Source of the DNA: Camelus ferus
Taxonomy: Eukaryota
Length of the DNA: 64,000 bases
Direction of reading: 5' to 3'
NCBI RefSeq assembly: GCF_009834535.1
Contig: NC_045707.1
Coordinates: 53,756,001 to 53,820,000, forward strand
Numbering within the stretch: position 1 is the first letter of the stretch; each line of letters opens with the position of its first letter. A model generated the notes under the pieces. It ran no database searches and had not been told where the DNA came from. It saw only the letters and a program-made list of their open reading frames with translations. The position numbers were made by a program, and so were the translations under genes. Shown piece by piece: positions 51,886 to 64,000 of the stretch.

Positions 51886-52479
51886 TTTAGCCTACTCACC
51901 CAAAAGAATCAGCAGTAACCACTTAACAGAAAACAAATAGAACGACATCGTTACCATTTATTGTTCCCTAATTCCTCAGGTTGGAATCCTAGCAGCCATT
52001 CTGAGCACATCTCTGTAGGTGACATGCCCGATCCAATCACTAAAGACCATTGGCTTTATCTTTAAAACAGCTCTCACATCTGCCCTTTATCACACATCTT
52101 CAATACTAACCCTGAGCCCAGGTCACATAATCTCTGACCTGGGACTCAGCAAATGTCCCCAGCTCTCTCTACAGTGACTCGTGACCTTTTTAAATCTGTT
52201 CTCTTCACTGTAGTCAGAACAATTAATGTAAAATGCAGATTTATTGAAATCATACCCAGCCTCACTTCACAGCCTTTGATCACTTTCTGGATTAAAAAAA
52301 CAGAACTTTACCTTGTCTGACAAGGTCTATTGTGCTCTGCCTTCCCAGCCCCTCTTAAGCCACACTTCTTGTTCCTGTGCTTTCAGTACCATAAATAAGC
52401 CTCATTTTCTTCTGCTTTGAGGACCTCAGGGTGCTCTTCCCCCCGACTGAAATAATGTCCCCCAGTTCTTCCAACCCCC

Positions 52480-53096
52480 ATGGGAGCCCATGATTGGGTT
52501 AACAAATTGTAGCAGATCCCAGCCGCTTATCTCCTTAAAGAAGTGTGCTTAGTACCTGCCTTGAGGTTGTAGCAATGACCCAGGCCCCCGACTACAAACG
52601 CTGGGGTACCTGCTGTTAGTCTTCTATCCCCAAAACAGCCTTGGGCTGGAATGGTAAACAACTTATAAAAAGCTGCAGACTCAGAGGTGAGAAGGCTGGT
52701 TAGCCAATGACGGGTAAGATCCCCCGAGGGGGGCAACCTAAGACAGGCACAGCCGCCTGAGTCCAAGTTGTTAAGCAGCTGATTTTCATATGCTCCGCCC
52801 TGATAAGCTGAAAGGCTCAACACCAACATGATTCACCAGAAAGGGTCTTCTGACCTTGAGCCAAACACCAACAATAAACAAAGCCTTTGTACTCATTGTG
52901 ATCCCACCCTGTCCTTCCCTAAATTCCTGCATTCCTCCTTTGACTGTACTCAATAAATATGGGAGATTTGAGAGGCTCGTGGAGTTGACTCCTGACTCCC
53001 TCTCGCTCTCTTGACTTTTCCACAGAGTCTTGAGTAATTCATTCCGTCTCGTTGGGACTTCTGCCGGACAGAACCCACAACTGGGACGAACCCACA
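52480..53096 (+). mobile_element. ERV2/ERVK-like (betaretroviral) solo LTR, relatively young
   Basis: AGCCAATGACGGGTAAGATCCCC motif, AATAAA at about 52873 and 52952, ends ...CCCACA, ACCCCC on both flanks. Confidence 0.7.
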
Positions 53097-53569
53097 ACCC
53101 CCCACCTCCTAACCTGCATAGCCGACTTAACTCACATTTTATCTATTTATCCAATCTGTACTCAAATTTTAATTTCTCAACAAAACTTTCCATGAGTCTC
53201 TGTTAAAACCCCATGTTATAAGATTGTAAGATCTTTTAATACTTTCTCATGGCATTTATTACCTTTTGTTGTTCATTTCTAATTTTTTTTACTGAAACTG
53301 CTATTGTCTCTTATCCTCGATTTACATCTGTGAGAATGGTGGGCACATTTGATTTGCTAACTATAATATCTTCGTCACTTAGCTTGGAATTTGGAGTAAA
53401 GAAAACACATGCAATATTTAATAATCGATTGACTATGTGCCCACTACATGCGAAGGCATTGTGTAGTTCCGTTATGCTAAAGGTTTCATTAAAGGAATGT
53501 GAAGTTAGTGTGGAGGTAGATAAGGGCAAAATTTCATAACCAAATTCCTGGACAAATGGGGGTTCTCTA

Positions 53570-53812
53570 TAGTGGTGAAGAAAATGGATCCAGGAGCCAT
53601 TCAGCCTGCATTTGCATCCAAGTTCTACCCCTAACGATTTATGTGACCTTGAGAAAGTTACTTAATCTCAGTCTCAACCTCCTTGTGTGTAAACTTGGAG
53701 TGATACTACTATCTAGCTCAGGGAGTTCCTTTGAGAAGTTAAGTGGGAACCAATGTAAAAGCACTTAGTGTGGTACATGCCACCAGTAAGTACTCAGTAA
53801 AAGTCAGCCACA
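53570..53812 (+). mobile_element. Near full-length MIR
   Basis: tgtgaccttgagaaagttacttaatctc...tgtaaaagcacttag...agtaagtactcagtaaaagtcagc. Confidence 0.8.
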
Positions 53813-54228
53813 ATTCTCAGCTAACCATATCACTTTCTTACATTTCCCTCCTCTGTGACATCATTCATCTGCACTACTCTATTAGTGAGAATAATCTCCA
53901 CTAAAACCGCTAATGGCCTTAGTGCCAAATAAAACAGACACATTTTATTCAATCCTTATATCGCTTCTGAAACTCATTTTTAAAAAATTTTTCCCTTCTC
54001 TTGTCTTGCACAATACCAATCTCTGGTGTTTCTATTCTTCCTCCTCAGTTTTAGTCACCGTCTCCTTCTTCTCTATGTGTCTTGCAGTGTCGGTGTTCTA
54101 CTGTTTCCTCCTTCCGATTCGTTCTTTTCAGTCTTGGACGCTCTCATCTACTTCTATGATTCTCACTAGGACCTTTCATGCTCATGATCCCAATCCTCTG
54201 TCTCTAGGTCAGAACGTCTCCAGGGCTT

Positions 54229-54500
54229 TGTGATGCTTGAGGATTTGGGGACCGAGCAAAGAAAAGATAGGAACGCAGGGGGGCAGTAACACAAAAATTG
54301 ATTGGGTGGTCTTTGGATGGGGGTGATTGGAGGGCGATTTTTCAGCCACCACCTCAAAGGGGAATAGGGCAAGGTTACTTCTAGGAAAGAGGGGAATCTG
54401 AGAGAGGGTTCCTGAGAGTCAGAGAGTCAGAGAACTCTGAAGGATAGTAGTGGTTTGGGGATCAATACACAAGGACCATCTTTGGCCCACTTACAAAACA
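54229..54500. mobile_element. Short LTR-like insertion inside L2
   Basis: TGTGATG...AAAACA termini flanked by GGCTT/GGCTC; L2 homology resumes after it. Confidence 0.55.
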
Positions 54501-54999
54501 GGCTCCAGAACCACAGTTTTAATCGTTTACTGGACCATCCCATCCCAGATATCAAATGGTTATCAGCAACACAAATTTCCCCAAACAGACCGCATAAACT
54601 TTTCCTGAAAAACCCATTATTTCTATTTATCCGTTTCTAATGAAGTGGCATCATTATAGTCCCAGTCAGACAAGTTAGAAATTCAGACAGCATTTTAGAT
54701 TCTTTGTTCACACTCCATCATCTCTTCTTCAGTTGTGCAACTCGCGATGCCTGTATCTTTTTCCCTCTAGTTCTCTGGAGCTTTTCCTCCCTTCTCCATC
54801 CCACTGTCACTACATTTGGATCGTTCCCTCCTCATTCGTCACTGACAAATAACTCCTGCTTTCCTTGTTTCTAGTCACATTTCTATCCAATTCATTCTTT
54901 GTAATTTTAAATTGAGATCTTCCTTAAAGTCAGATCATATAACCCTTATGTTCATAATTTTGTGTTTCTTATTTTCTTTTTTCTTCTTTTAAAGTCATC

Positions 55000-55860
55000 C
55001 TCAGGATTTACTAAGCTTAGTTTTCCTTTCTAAAATCACATTCCTTTTTTTTTTAACCAGCTTTGAAGTTATTCTCTCTCTACGTCTTATCTTGGCATTT
55101 ACTTTAACAAATCATACATTAATCAGTGTGTGAGGATCTTCTCAAATAGTTCAAGAACTTTAGCTGTTTTAACCCCAAGACTCCTTTTTTCTAGTATGAT
55201 ACTGTTGACTAGTATTTTCATTTTATTAAGTTTTTTAAAAATTCTTCAAAGTACATATTTATTACTCTCATTTATATGGTCTATTGGTATTTTGATTTAC
55301 TTCCATATTTACCAGTATCTCTACTCACTAATCCTTCTTGCATCTCAGATCTTCTTATGGGGTTATTGTCTTTCTAGAACTGTTTTATATGAAGTGAAAA
55401 ATATCTAAATTAAATAAATTGTCTTTATTTCACAACTGCTCTCAAAAGATTCTGTTACTTGGCATAGAAGTCTAAGTGGAGATTATTTCTTTTGGTATAT
55501 TGAAGACGTCATTCAGGGTCTTCTAACTTCTATTGTTGCTATTGAGAATTTAGCTCAGTCTGTCAGCTAATTTTTTGTGAGTGATTTTATAAGTCATTCC
55601 TACGTAGGAACTGTTTGCTACTTCTAGGACCTCTTTGTGCTCTGATGTCTCACTAGTAATTATCTGGATATAAAATCTTTTTAGTTATCTTGCTTGGAAA
55701 TCATTAAATTTTCTGTAAGCTTTTGGAAATCTCATCAAATAGTTCAGTTCTTCCCCATTTTTTCAACCCCCTGTGTTTAACTTCTCCATTACATTTTTTT
55801 TCTCTGCTTATGCTGCATGATTGATAATCTCTTTTACTTTATATTTTGGTTAATTTTGTT
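55000..55860 (-). mobile_element. Old L1/HAL1-like fragment
   Basis: tcttctaacttctattgttgctattgagaa; ggcatagaagtctaagt. Confidence 0.5.
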
Positions 55861-56015
55861 GTTTTTGGTCAGGGAATGCTTTCTGGAGAAATAATTTCTG
55901 GTCAGCATCATGATGGATTTATAAAGCAAAAGACTTTTGGAAGTTGATTTGAATATTAATGATTTTAGCCGCAGGAACAGGAAACCTTAAAATTACCAGC
56001 CACTCAACAAAACAT

Positions 56016-56019
<4 letters not shown>

Positions 56020-56067
<48 letters not shown>
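56020..56067. repeat. (GT)n microsatellite
   Basis: Direct inspection. Confidence 0.95.
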
Positions 56068-56072
<5 letters not shown>

Positions 56073-59000
56073 CATGTGAAAATTCGGAAGTACATGGTCC
56101 AACGCTAGTAAATTGACTTTGCTTCCAGGGAACTGAAAGGCCTTCCATGTCACTGTGCCACATTGCTATTTGTATTTCAGGAAGCAGGAAGAAGGAAAGG
56201 TCAAACACAAGGTACAAAGACTTTGTATCAGTTGTCTGTTCAAGGAGATTCTAGGAAGTTGTCATGGTAACACTTCCTCTTATATCCAGTGGCCAATTTA
56301 GTCACATGGACACAGCATGTAATTTGGAAAGATACTATTTATATACTATAGGAAGTGTATCTTTAACTTGGTGTTCCCAATGTTTTGCACAGTGCCTCAG
56401 AGCGTTGGTACCAAGGAAATATATGTTAATTGAAAGAGCAAATAAATTAATTTAATAACTATACTCTGTCATCTAGCCTGATGAAACAAGAATCAGAATT
56501 CTTGGAGAAAATTCTGAAAATAAAAAAAAAAAAATCTCAAGACTTGAAATCTGAAAGAATAATGTTCTCAGAAAGCTCATATGGACTTGGAACTCACTCT
56601 AGTATCTTTGTGATGGTTTCCCAGAGATTTCATGAAAATATTTTGGCAAAACTTGGTCGGTTTCATTTCAGCATATTTTTAGATATCAGGAAGATATTTC
56701 AGGAAAAAATAAATTGACCATCTCTAAACCATTCTGTCTGTAGGCAGCTTTCTCTTGATTAAAAATTGGTTAGGAATAGCAAGTGAGTCAGATTGCTTCC
56801 TTGGAGACAGTTAAACAGCAGGCATCTATCTACTGAAGAACTGGTAAATTCTTAAGTGAACAGAAATTAGCTTTACAGGCATGACACTGAGGGTATTTTA
56901 ACACTTACTGAATTTAAATCCAGAAACATGAAGGCGTCTCTTGTGCAGGCCAGATGCCTTGTCTCTCAGGAGTCTGTGTGTTGGTAAATGCAGGCCACAC
57001 GTTATGTTGCGTCACACCTCCTTTTTATAGTTACCATAAGATCACAAAAATAGGGCTTAAATTCCCTCATTTTTTTTCCCCATGACTTCACTGAGACCAC
57101 TAAAAAAAAATCTTACTTAGATTCATTTGCACATACTTCCAGCTGCTAATATTTCAGGATTCACCTGAATTCTCCTGAAGTGAAAGTCTATATATTGAAT
57201 GCCCTCTAAAAGTCTGAAGTCACTTAAATTGGAACAAGGTAAAATCAGATGCTACCTAATGATACTTTGCAAAAATCTTCAAAGCCCTGAAAGATTTTCT
57301 GTCACAGAAAGCCTAACTGTATTTAGGCTGTTGTTCGTAATTAGTGAAAACTGGGTTTTTGTTGGTCCTAGGCAGGGTAGCAATGCCGGGTGGAGAGAAC
57401 CAATTTGTTGGGGTCTCTGTTAGAAGGTAGTAAGCTTCCAGTGCTTTCTGGATGGATATCAGGGATGCTTCCTGGATGGATAGCAGACAGGTAGGATTGC
57501 CCTCCCTCAAGGACTTCACTTTGTATGCTTTGTATGTACACACCGAGCTGGATAAGTGAATCCCTGAAGCCACTAGCTCATTAAGATGCTGACAACACTC
57601 CAGGTTTTGGGACAGCCCCTTGGCCCTTGTGAAATAAGAACTTGATAAATGCTATTAGTAGAATCTCTGTATCCACAGAGAATCTTATAGTTGAGTCTAC
57701 AAAGGGACAGATTCGGTTCTTTCCAGAGGCCATCATTCTAGAGGGTTATCCACGAAGGAGTGGGATGAGAGCGCGAGATCGCAGTCATTGCCTAGCTCAG
57801 CTCAGCAATGGTTTATTCACTCAACAAATAACTTCCTGGGTGTGCCAGAATCTGTGAAGGGATATAGAGATGAACAAGGCATAATATCTAACCTAAACAA
57901 GTTTGATCTATTTTCAGAGAAGCATGCAATCTCTTACTATACCGTGCAGGGAATATGCCAACAGGGACATACGTACGGGATTATACCAGTGCAGAGGACA
58001 AATACAGAGAAGACCCAACTGAGCTTTGCGTGGTGAGTTGGTAGGTTAGAAAATGTTTCCAAGAAATGGGATTTTATCTTCATCTCAAAAAGAATGGGAC
58101 ATGATGAATTGGACAAGGGTAGCAGTAAATCCTAAGTCGAAGAAATGGCAAGAGAAAAGGTGTGGACCAAAAAAAACCCAAGAGAAAAATCACAAAGTGA
58201 TTTGGAGTAAACTGCAGAGTGTGAAAACGAGAGACGGTGAAGCCAGAGAGCTGGGTCGTGCACACAGCATTAGTGTGTGCCATGCTGGACGGTGTGTGGC
58301 TTATTCTGATGTATTTTTACACTTAAATAAGTTCAAAGCAGAAGGCAAAAATTCAGGCTCATTTTTATTATAGTTTTAAATTTTATCAAGGATGAAACGT
58401 TAAAGCCTTTCACTATTCTGAGCCTGTGAAATGGCTGATTCATTACATCAAGTTCCTTTGACTTTAGTGGTACTTCTGCCTTGTCAACAATCCTTCAGAT
58501 GAATACTAAAAAAATCGTTTACCAGAATGAAATTTTGCCCAAATTGTGGCACCCATCCAATTTCCCATCGTAGTGGGAGGTGGAGGGTTTGCGGAGTAAG
58601 AAATCAGGGCAGATAAGGTAAAATACAATGCTCCCCCCACTACCTTTTCAACTTACTTGTATTTGTGAGCAGGAATAGAGGGGAACATAATAAAACTTAG
58701 TTTAGTGATTTTAGGGTTTCTAGTACTTTCGCATATATCTTTATATAACCCTGTAAGAAAGACTAGGAAATTTTCATACAACTTTAGTTCTCGACCTCTG
58801 TTTCCTTATTGGAGTTAATACTTAATTTTTTATTTAGCCTGGGACTTGATACAAAGAAAATCTATTCAAACAAAACATAGATTATCAGGTGGCAAATAAG
58901 TCTCTAATTAGTCTAAAAATGACTAATAGCAAACTGTGCCCCCAATTTGACTATGTATCCAAATCACCTGGGTAGTTTATTAAAATACAGAGATCAAGCT

Positions 59001-59094
59001 TCACCCTCAGAGATGCTGATTTATTAAATCTGCAACAGAGTCATAGAATCTATATTTTTAAATTGGATGAAGAAACCAACCCTCATTTGAGACA

Positions 59095-60900
59095 TTTGGT
59101 ATCAGGATAATGCTGGTCTCATGAAATGAGTTTGAAAGCAGTTTGCTTCTCTTTTATTTTCTGGAAGATTTTGAGAAGGATTGGTATTTGGTAGAATTCA
59201 CCAGTGAAGCCATCTGCTCTTGGACTTTAATTTGTTGGAAGGTTTTTGATTATTGATTTAAACTTCTTACTAGTAATTGCTATGTTCAGATTTTCTATTT
59301 CGGCATGATTTGATCTTAGTAGGTTGTATGTTTAGGGCCGGGTGCCCCGAACACATTTAAAAACAGCTTCTTTGTTTACTCTAGTCATGTTAGGCATGTG
59401 GGATGTACGAGCGCAGGCCCTGTTGGCTGTCAGAGCTGAGTGGTTTGGGGAATCCATCACTCAGGCAGCAGCTACAAAGGCTCTGATGTGTGTGCAAGCT
59501 CCTTCCAGGGAGATACAGGCAACTTCATTTTATCATCATAGTGAGCCAGGAGGAGAAGGTGGGGAAAGTGTCCACAAGTTTCCCTGTTTGCTGGGGAGGA
59601 TCACAGCCCGTCCCTAGATGTGTGGTAAAATAAGGCAGATCGTCAGGCAGCAGCTGGTAAGCATGCAGAGAGATCCCTTTTAGGGAAAGGCTGGGAGAGG
59701 GGCCGTTTTGCCTGCTCCCTCTGTCCTGAGCCCTGTGGGATAGTCACGTGCTTCGTCTGTCAGCAAATTATGTTCTGAAACTGAGATTGCTTTGCCAATA
59801 ATTTATCTAGCACAGGTTCACCGTGGGAATTATAATAATTTCACAAGCCAATAGTATGTAGGATAATGTCTCCTAATAAGCCAATAAAGAAATAACCTAC
59901 TCCAAGCCAACAATAGATTCATCACAGTATTGTTCCAGGCAAGGGGGAGATAAAAGGGCTAAAGCCTGAATTTAGTCTAGGTGCACCTTTCTATGAGTGG
60001 TTCTTGGGAGAGTCGACCTAGCCAACCATGAGAGATACCTAGCTGCTGGTTGTAGAGCAGACTGCTAGGGAACAAAGAGGCCAAGTGTGGATGAGGAAGC
60101 GGATCTTCTTGGGAGCCTCTGAGTGGTTCCTACCACTGCCTGGCAAAGAGTCTCCCTGCCACAGCAGGAGTTAATGCCCCAAGGGCTGTGGACAGCTATC
60201 TGGATTAGCAAAGATTAGCCTTGCCCAGACCAAACCCTCTCAAGTTGCTGGTAACCTCTTGGAATGTAAAGCTTAAAGTCCTCTAACCACAGTCACTCTT
60301 TCTCGAAGTTCTTATCAATGAGCCCCCAACAGCGCCTGCCAATAGCTGAGTTAGCGAGTATTCATGTTTGTGAGGCTAACCTAACACATCTTCCTCAGTG
60401 TAAGCAAGTTCATTCTTAGAACAAAAAACAAGTAGATTTAAAATCACATGAAACCAATACACAACACCACGCAAGTGTGAGCACACCTGTGAGAACTGCT
60501 CCTTTGTTTACCGTAGTCTACTGGGCCTCATGGACACGCGCCACGCTGGCTTTCAGGGCTGGGTGTTTTGGGCGCCTGTCCCTCAGATGGGAGTCTTAAA
60601 AGGAGGGGCACCCGATGTGCCGTTCAAATCCTTCGCTTATCGGGGTGACACTAGGAGCTGGGCGTTCCCGCCCAATTACATCTCACAAAATCAGGGGTGG
60701 GTTTTATGGCCAGAGGGTGTCTCAGCCTTTCCACCCTGTTTCAATGAACATGTTTTCTCATTTGCCCAACGTGTAGGAGTTGCTCAACTAGTTTCTGGAT
60801 TTCTTTCAGAGGAAGCTGCTCCATGGATACTTGGAACCTTGATGTGCTGTGGGAGGAGGAGTTCAGGAGGCTTCAATGTTATCGTCTTGGTGGACCCCTG
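59095..60900 (-). mobile_element. L1 (ORF2 remnant plus 5' region) split by an LTR insertion
   Basis: tttggtagaattcaccagtgaagccatctg...ttcagattttctatttc; L1 5'-type segments 59340-59748 and 60467-60900. Confidence 0.7.
59749..60466. mobile_element. 718-bp LTR-like element nested in the L1 5' region
   Basis: TGCTTCG...ACAACA termini with 5-bp flanks TCACG/CCACG. Confidence 0.6.
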
Positions 60901-61113
60901 AGCAAGGACTGGATTTAAATTTAAGTCTCATGTAGCTCAAACTAATCCAGCAGTGACTGGGGATTCTCAAAAAAAGTGCAAATGGAGAACAAAGTTGAAA
61001 TCTCAAAATAATCTTAGAATATTCCTTTCTTCTTTCCTCCTACATTCAGATACCAGTTTATGTTAGTTCTTTCTTTTTATATTCCACAAATCCATTTCTT
61101 TCCATTTAAACTA

Positions 61114-61311
61114 CAGTTGACCCTTGAACAACACAGGATTGAACTGCACGGATCCACTTATGTACAGATTTTTTTTTTTCAATAAATACATGCTACGGTA
61201 CTACACAATCCCTGGTTGGTTGAATTCGTCGATGGGTAACCGGCGATGAGGAAGGCTGGCAGGAAATTTATGTGTGAATTTCCAACCCCTGTGTTGTTCA
61301 AGGGTCAACCG
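61114..61311 (+). mobile_element. Tigger2-type MITE
   Basis: TA-CAGTTGACCCTTGAACAACAC...GTGTTGTTCAAGGGTCAACCG-TA. Confidence 0.88.
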
Positions 61312-61589
61312 TACTGTCTGTTTCACCCAGGCAATTTTGTTTGTTTGTTTTCTTCTCAGAAGGGACTCTAAGAGACAAAAATGAGGGACGCTCTCTTCAG
61401 GCTGCCACTGTGAGTGAAGAGGAGATTCTATATCTCAGGGTCTGTGTTGCTTCGTGTAAGACTAGGACCTCGTGGAGATACCTGAGTTCATCACCAATCC
61501 TGAAACATAATCTCTGAGGTGGGCCTTAAAAATCCGTAGAGACTATATCTAAACCTCTTACAATAAGAGAAGAAACCCTTTTGCTTCTA

Positions 61590-64000
61590 ATTTATTTATT
61601 CATGAAACAAATTCTTACTAACACGTACTAGGTCTAGTGCTCAACCTTGGAAATATAGATATGAATAAGAAAGACAAAAATCCCTGTCCTCACAAAGGTT
61701 ACACATTTGAGTGGTGGCGAGAGATTATAAACAGGTAAATGACTGTATAATTTCAAGTCATGCTATGTGCTGTACTGATACCTTCCCTGCACCGGGAAGA
61801 CACTCCCACAAAGTTGAGGCTACTGGCACTGGAGGTCTCATTCAGTGAGAAGTCACGGGGCCTCTCGATAAGAGGGTATAAGTAGAGACTTTGTGCAGGA
61901 TTTGGACTTGAGATTTGAGGAATAGTCCGGAAGCGTGGTTTTTACTCTGGTTTCGGTGTTTTTGAAAGCAAGTGTTATTCTTTGATTGGCTATTATAATG
62001 GTTTTTATGAAAGAGGTAGAAAAATGGAGCTTAGTTAAAGCAGTGATTCATAAAGAAGCAGCATTCACTCAAATTATGTGGGACAGAAGGATGTTTGATC
62101 CTTTCTGTGGTTTGGGGTGTTTTCGTTTTTGTTTTTGCTTGGACATGATTACAGAATAGTCTTGCTTATTGTCTTGCCATCATGGTTAGAATGACCTTGT
62201 CTGAAGTTTATTCTACGAAATTTTGTTTAACAGGAGGACAGCATCATAGCCTAGTGTTGGTACCAGGCCAGCTCCCAGCTGATGCCTGTCAGTGGCTGCT
62301 TTTCTCTTTTCTTTTCCTTTTTCAAATAGGAAGAAAAACAAAGCAGGTTAGATGGAGATGTTGACTCAGAGATGAAGGTTATTTAAGAAAAGGCCTCTCT
62401 GTACATATATCACACATGCAGAGACCGAAATGACATGAAAAGCAAACCATGAGAAGGTCTGGAGAAGACGGTAGCAATTAAAATAACAGTTGAGGTGCTC
62501 TATCAATGTGGCTGAAAAGACACTGTGCCTTAAATAAGTTAGAGATGCGTTTCTCTTTCAAGTTACAGTCTGGTTGGTCCAGGGATGGTGAGGCAGCTTT
62601 CCTCCACAATATTGTTAAAGGACTTATGCTCAATCAATATCACTCTCAAGAGAAGGGTACTCATTTGTGTGGTTAAAATTAATTCACATTTAAGACCAAA
62701 AAAAAAAAGAGGAAATAGTTAAGAGAATGAGGTTTCTCTAGTAGCTATAAAAGACCCGTAAGTTATACACATTCTTTTCTACCCACGACCCCATAGGCTC
62801 CAACTGAGCCACTCCTAGTGACAAGGGAGGCTGAAAATGTAGTCTTTAAGTAGATGTCCCCAGGAAAAAAGATTGTCTGCCAGAAGAGCTGTCCAGAAAA
62901 GAAGTTTCAGCAACGATGAAGACTCTGGAGCAGAAAACAGCTAGATATGTTAAAGGGATAACAAAAAAGGCCAGTGTGACCGGAGGAGAATGAGTGAAAT
63001 TAAATAGAGAAGTAGACAAACGTCAGGACGTTTCCGGCCTTCTGAGACAGAGTTTGGATTTTGTTCAAAGTGCAATGAGAGGGCACTATGGGATTTTGAG
63101 AAGAGATGTGTGGCATAATCTAATGTTTTTAAATTTTTTATTCTGCTATATGGATGTAAATGAATAAAAATGATAAGAGGAAAGAGCTAGGAAGACGTTG
63201 TCACAGTCCCAGGGGAAAACGTGTGGATTAGGGCAGTGGCGGTGGATGTGGCAAGAAGTAGACAGCTTTGAGATGGATTTTGATGCAAAGCCAACAAAGT
63301 TCTTAATAGATGAAGTGGCAGGTGCATGTTATAGAGAGGGATTAAGAATGACTACCAGATTTTTGGCATGAGTAGGTGGTGGGACCATTTACTGATGGGG
63401 AAATGAAGGACTGAGCCTCAGAAGAGAAGAGACAGTGCCCACACTGAAGTGGAAAAGAGTGAGGGGTAAATGCAGGTGGTTGTTATGTTCAGTCACAGAG
63501 AAATGATGCAATTTTCTTTTTATTGCTTTAAATTTCTGGTGAAATAGAAAGTCATCTGCTCAAAGTGAGGAGAATGATGAGTGTTGCAATTCAAGGAAGA
63601 AGTGAAGATATAAAATAATCATCAGTGAGAATTAGAGGCAGCATTTTTCAGGCAAATGTAGTAGGACTATTGGGCGGTACTAAGGATCCACTTGAGAGTT
63701 GTGGTCATAAATTTTAAGCGTGAGTCTTCAACAAGTTTGGGTGCATTTCTCCAGCTGTGTTCAGATTCTGAGGGGAGGTCAGAATTGGGAGGGATTTCAG
63801 TGTCACAACTAGTGTTTCCACGGGCTCAGAAGGTAGAAGGACAGGAAGTTGACAGTAACAGGGAGTGACTTTCTTTTGGACCATGGAATCTAAGCCAAGT
63901 GAAGTGTAAAGTGAGGGCATGATTAGAAGGGGAAGAGTAAAAAGAGGAGGGGACAATGGATTAGATGGGATCATACATTTTAGAGTGAAAGTGATGTATT
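61590..64000 (+). mobile_element. Fragmented L2 with nested LTR pieces
   Basis: tttatttattcatgaaacaaat...aagacaaaaatccctgtcctca; ggccagtgtgaccggaggagaatgag...gagtttggattttgttc. Confidence 0.6.
61770..62312 (-). mobile_element. Old ERV1-type LTR (MER31/MER67-like, tentative) inside L2
   Basis: accttgtctgaag...aacaggaggacagca...taccaggccagctcccag...ggctgcttttctcttt. Confidence 0.5.

Larger units (their letters stand above)
51000..54940 (-). mobile_element. Fragmented L2 sequence hosting several later insertions
   Basis: ctccagcttgatctctc...atattcagccacttaccagaca; ctcaggttggaatcctagcagccatt; gtcccagtcagacaagttagaaat. Confidence 0.55.

Noticed and set aside
1..64000. CRISPR arrays, operons or prokaryotic defence systems
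   Set aside because: Sequence is mammalian (SINE/LINE/LTR content, CpG depletion); no regularly spaced repeat-spacer array seen.

Overview
Mammalian, AT-rich, essentially non-coding DNA, most likely from a camelid (camel/alpaca/llama): it carries four tRNA-derived SINEs of the camelid Vic-1 type and a camelid-type L1 3' end. No intact protein-coding exon is supported. The left edge holds a frameshifted, 5'-truncated processed pseudogene of PPP2R5D (minus strand). The rest is unique sequence plus transposon debris: solo LTRs with clean TG...CA ends and target-site duplications (TSDs), a decayed ERVL provirus fragment with an LTR16-like LTR, L1, L2, MIR, MLT1 and Tigger2-type MITEs. The most striking structure is a 616-bp, about 99.4% identical inverted repeat of apparently non-TE sequence (48358-48973 / 50343-50958) around a 1369-bp motif-rich spacer, a candidate invertible segment or long-dsRNA element. 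Also notable: a textbook recursive-splice-site motif (polypyrimidine-CAG|GTAAGT at 29799/29800), an unidentified CpG-rich mRNA-5'-like insert at about 32030, and a divergent pair of CTCF motifs. Repeat family names come from recognition by eye and need RepeatMasker/Dfam confirmation.
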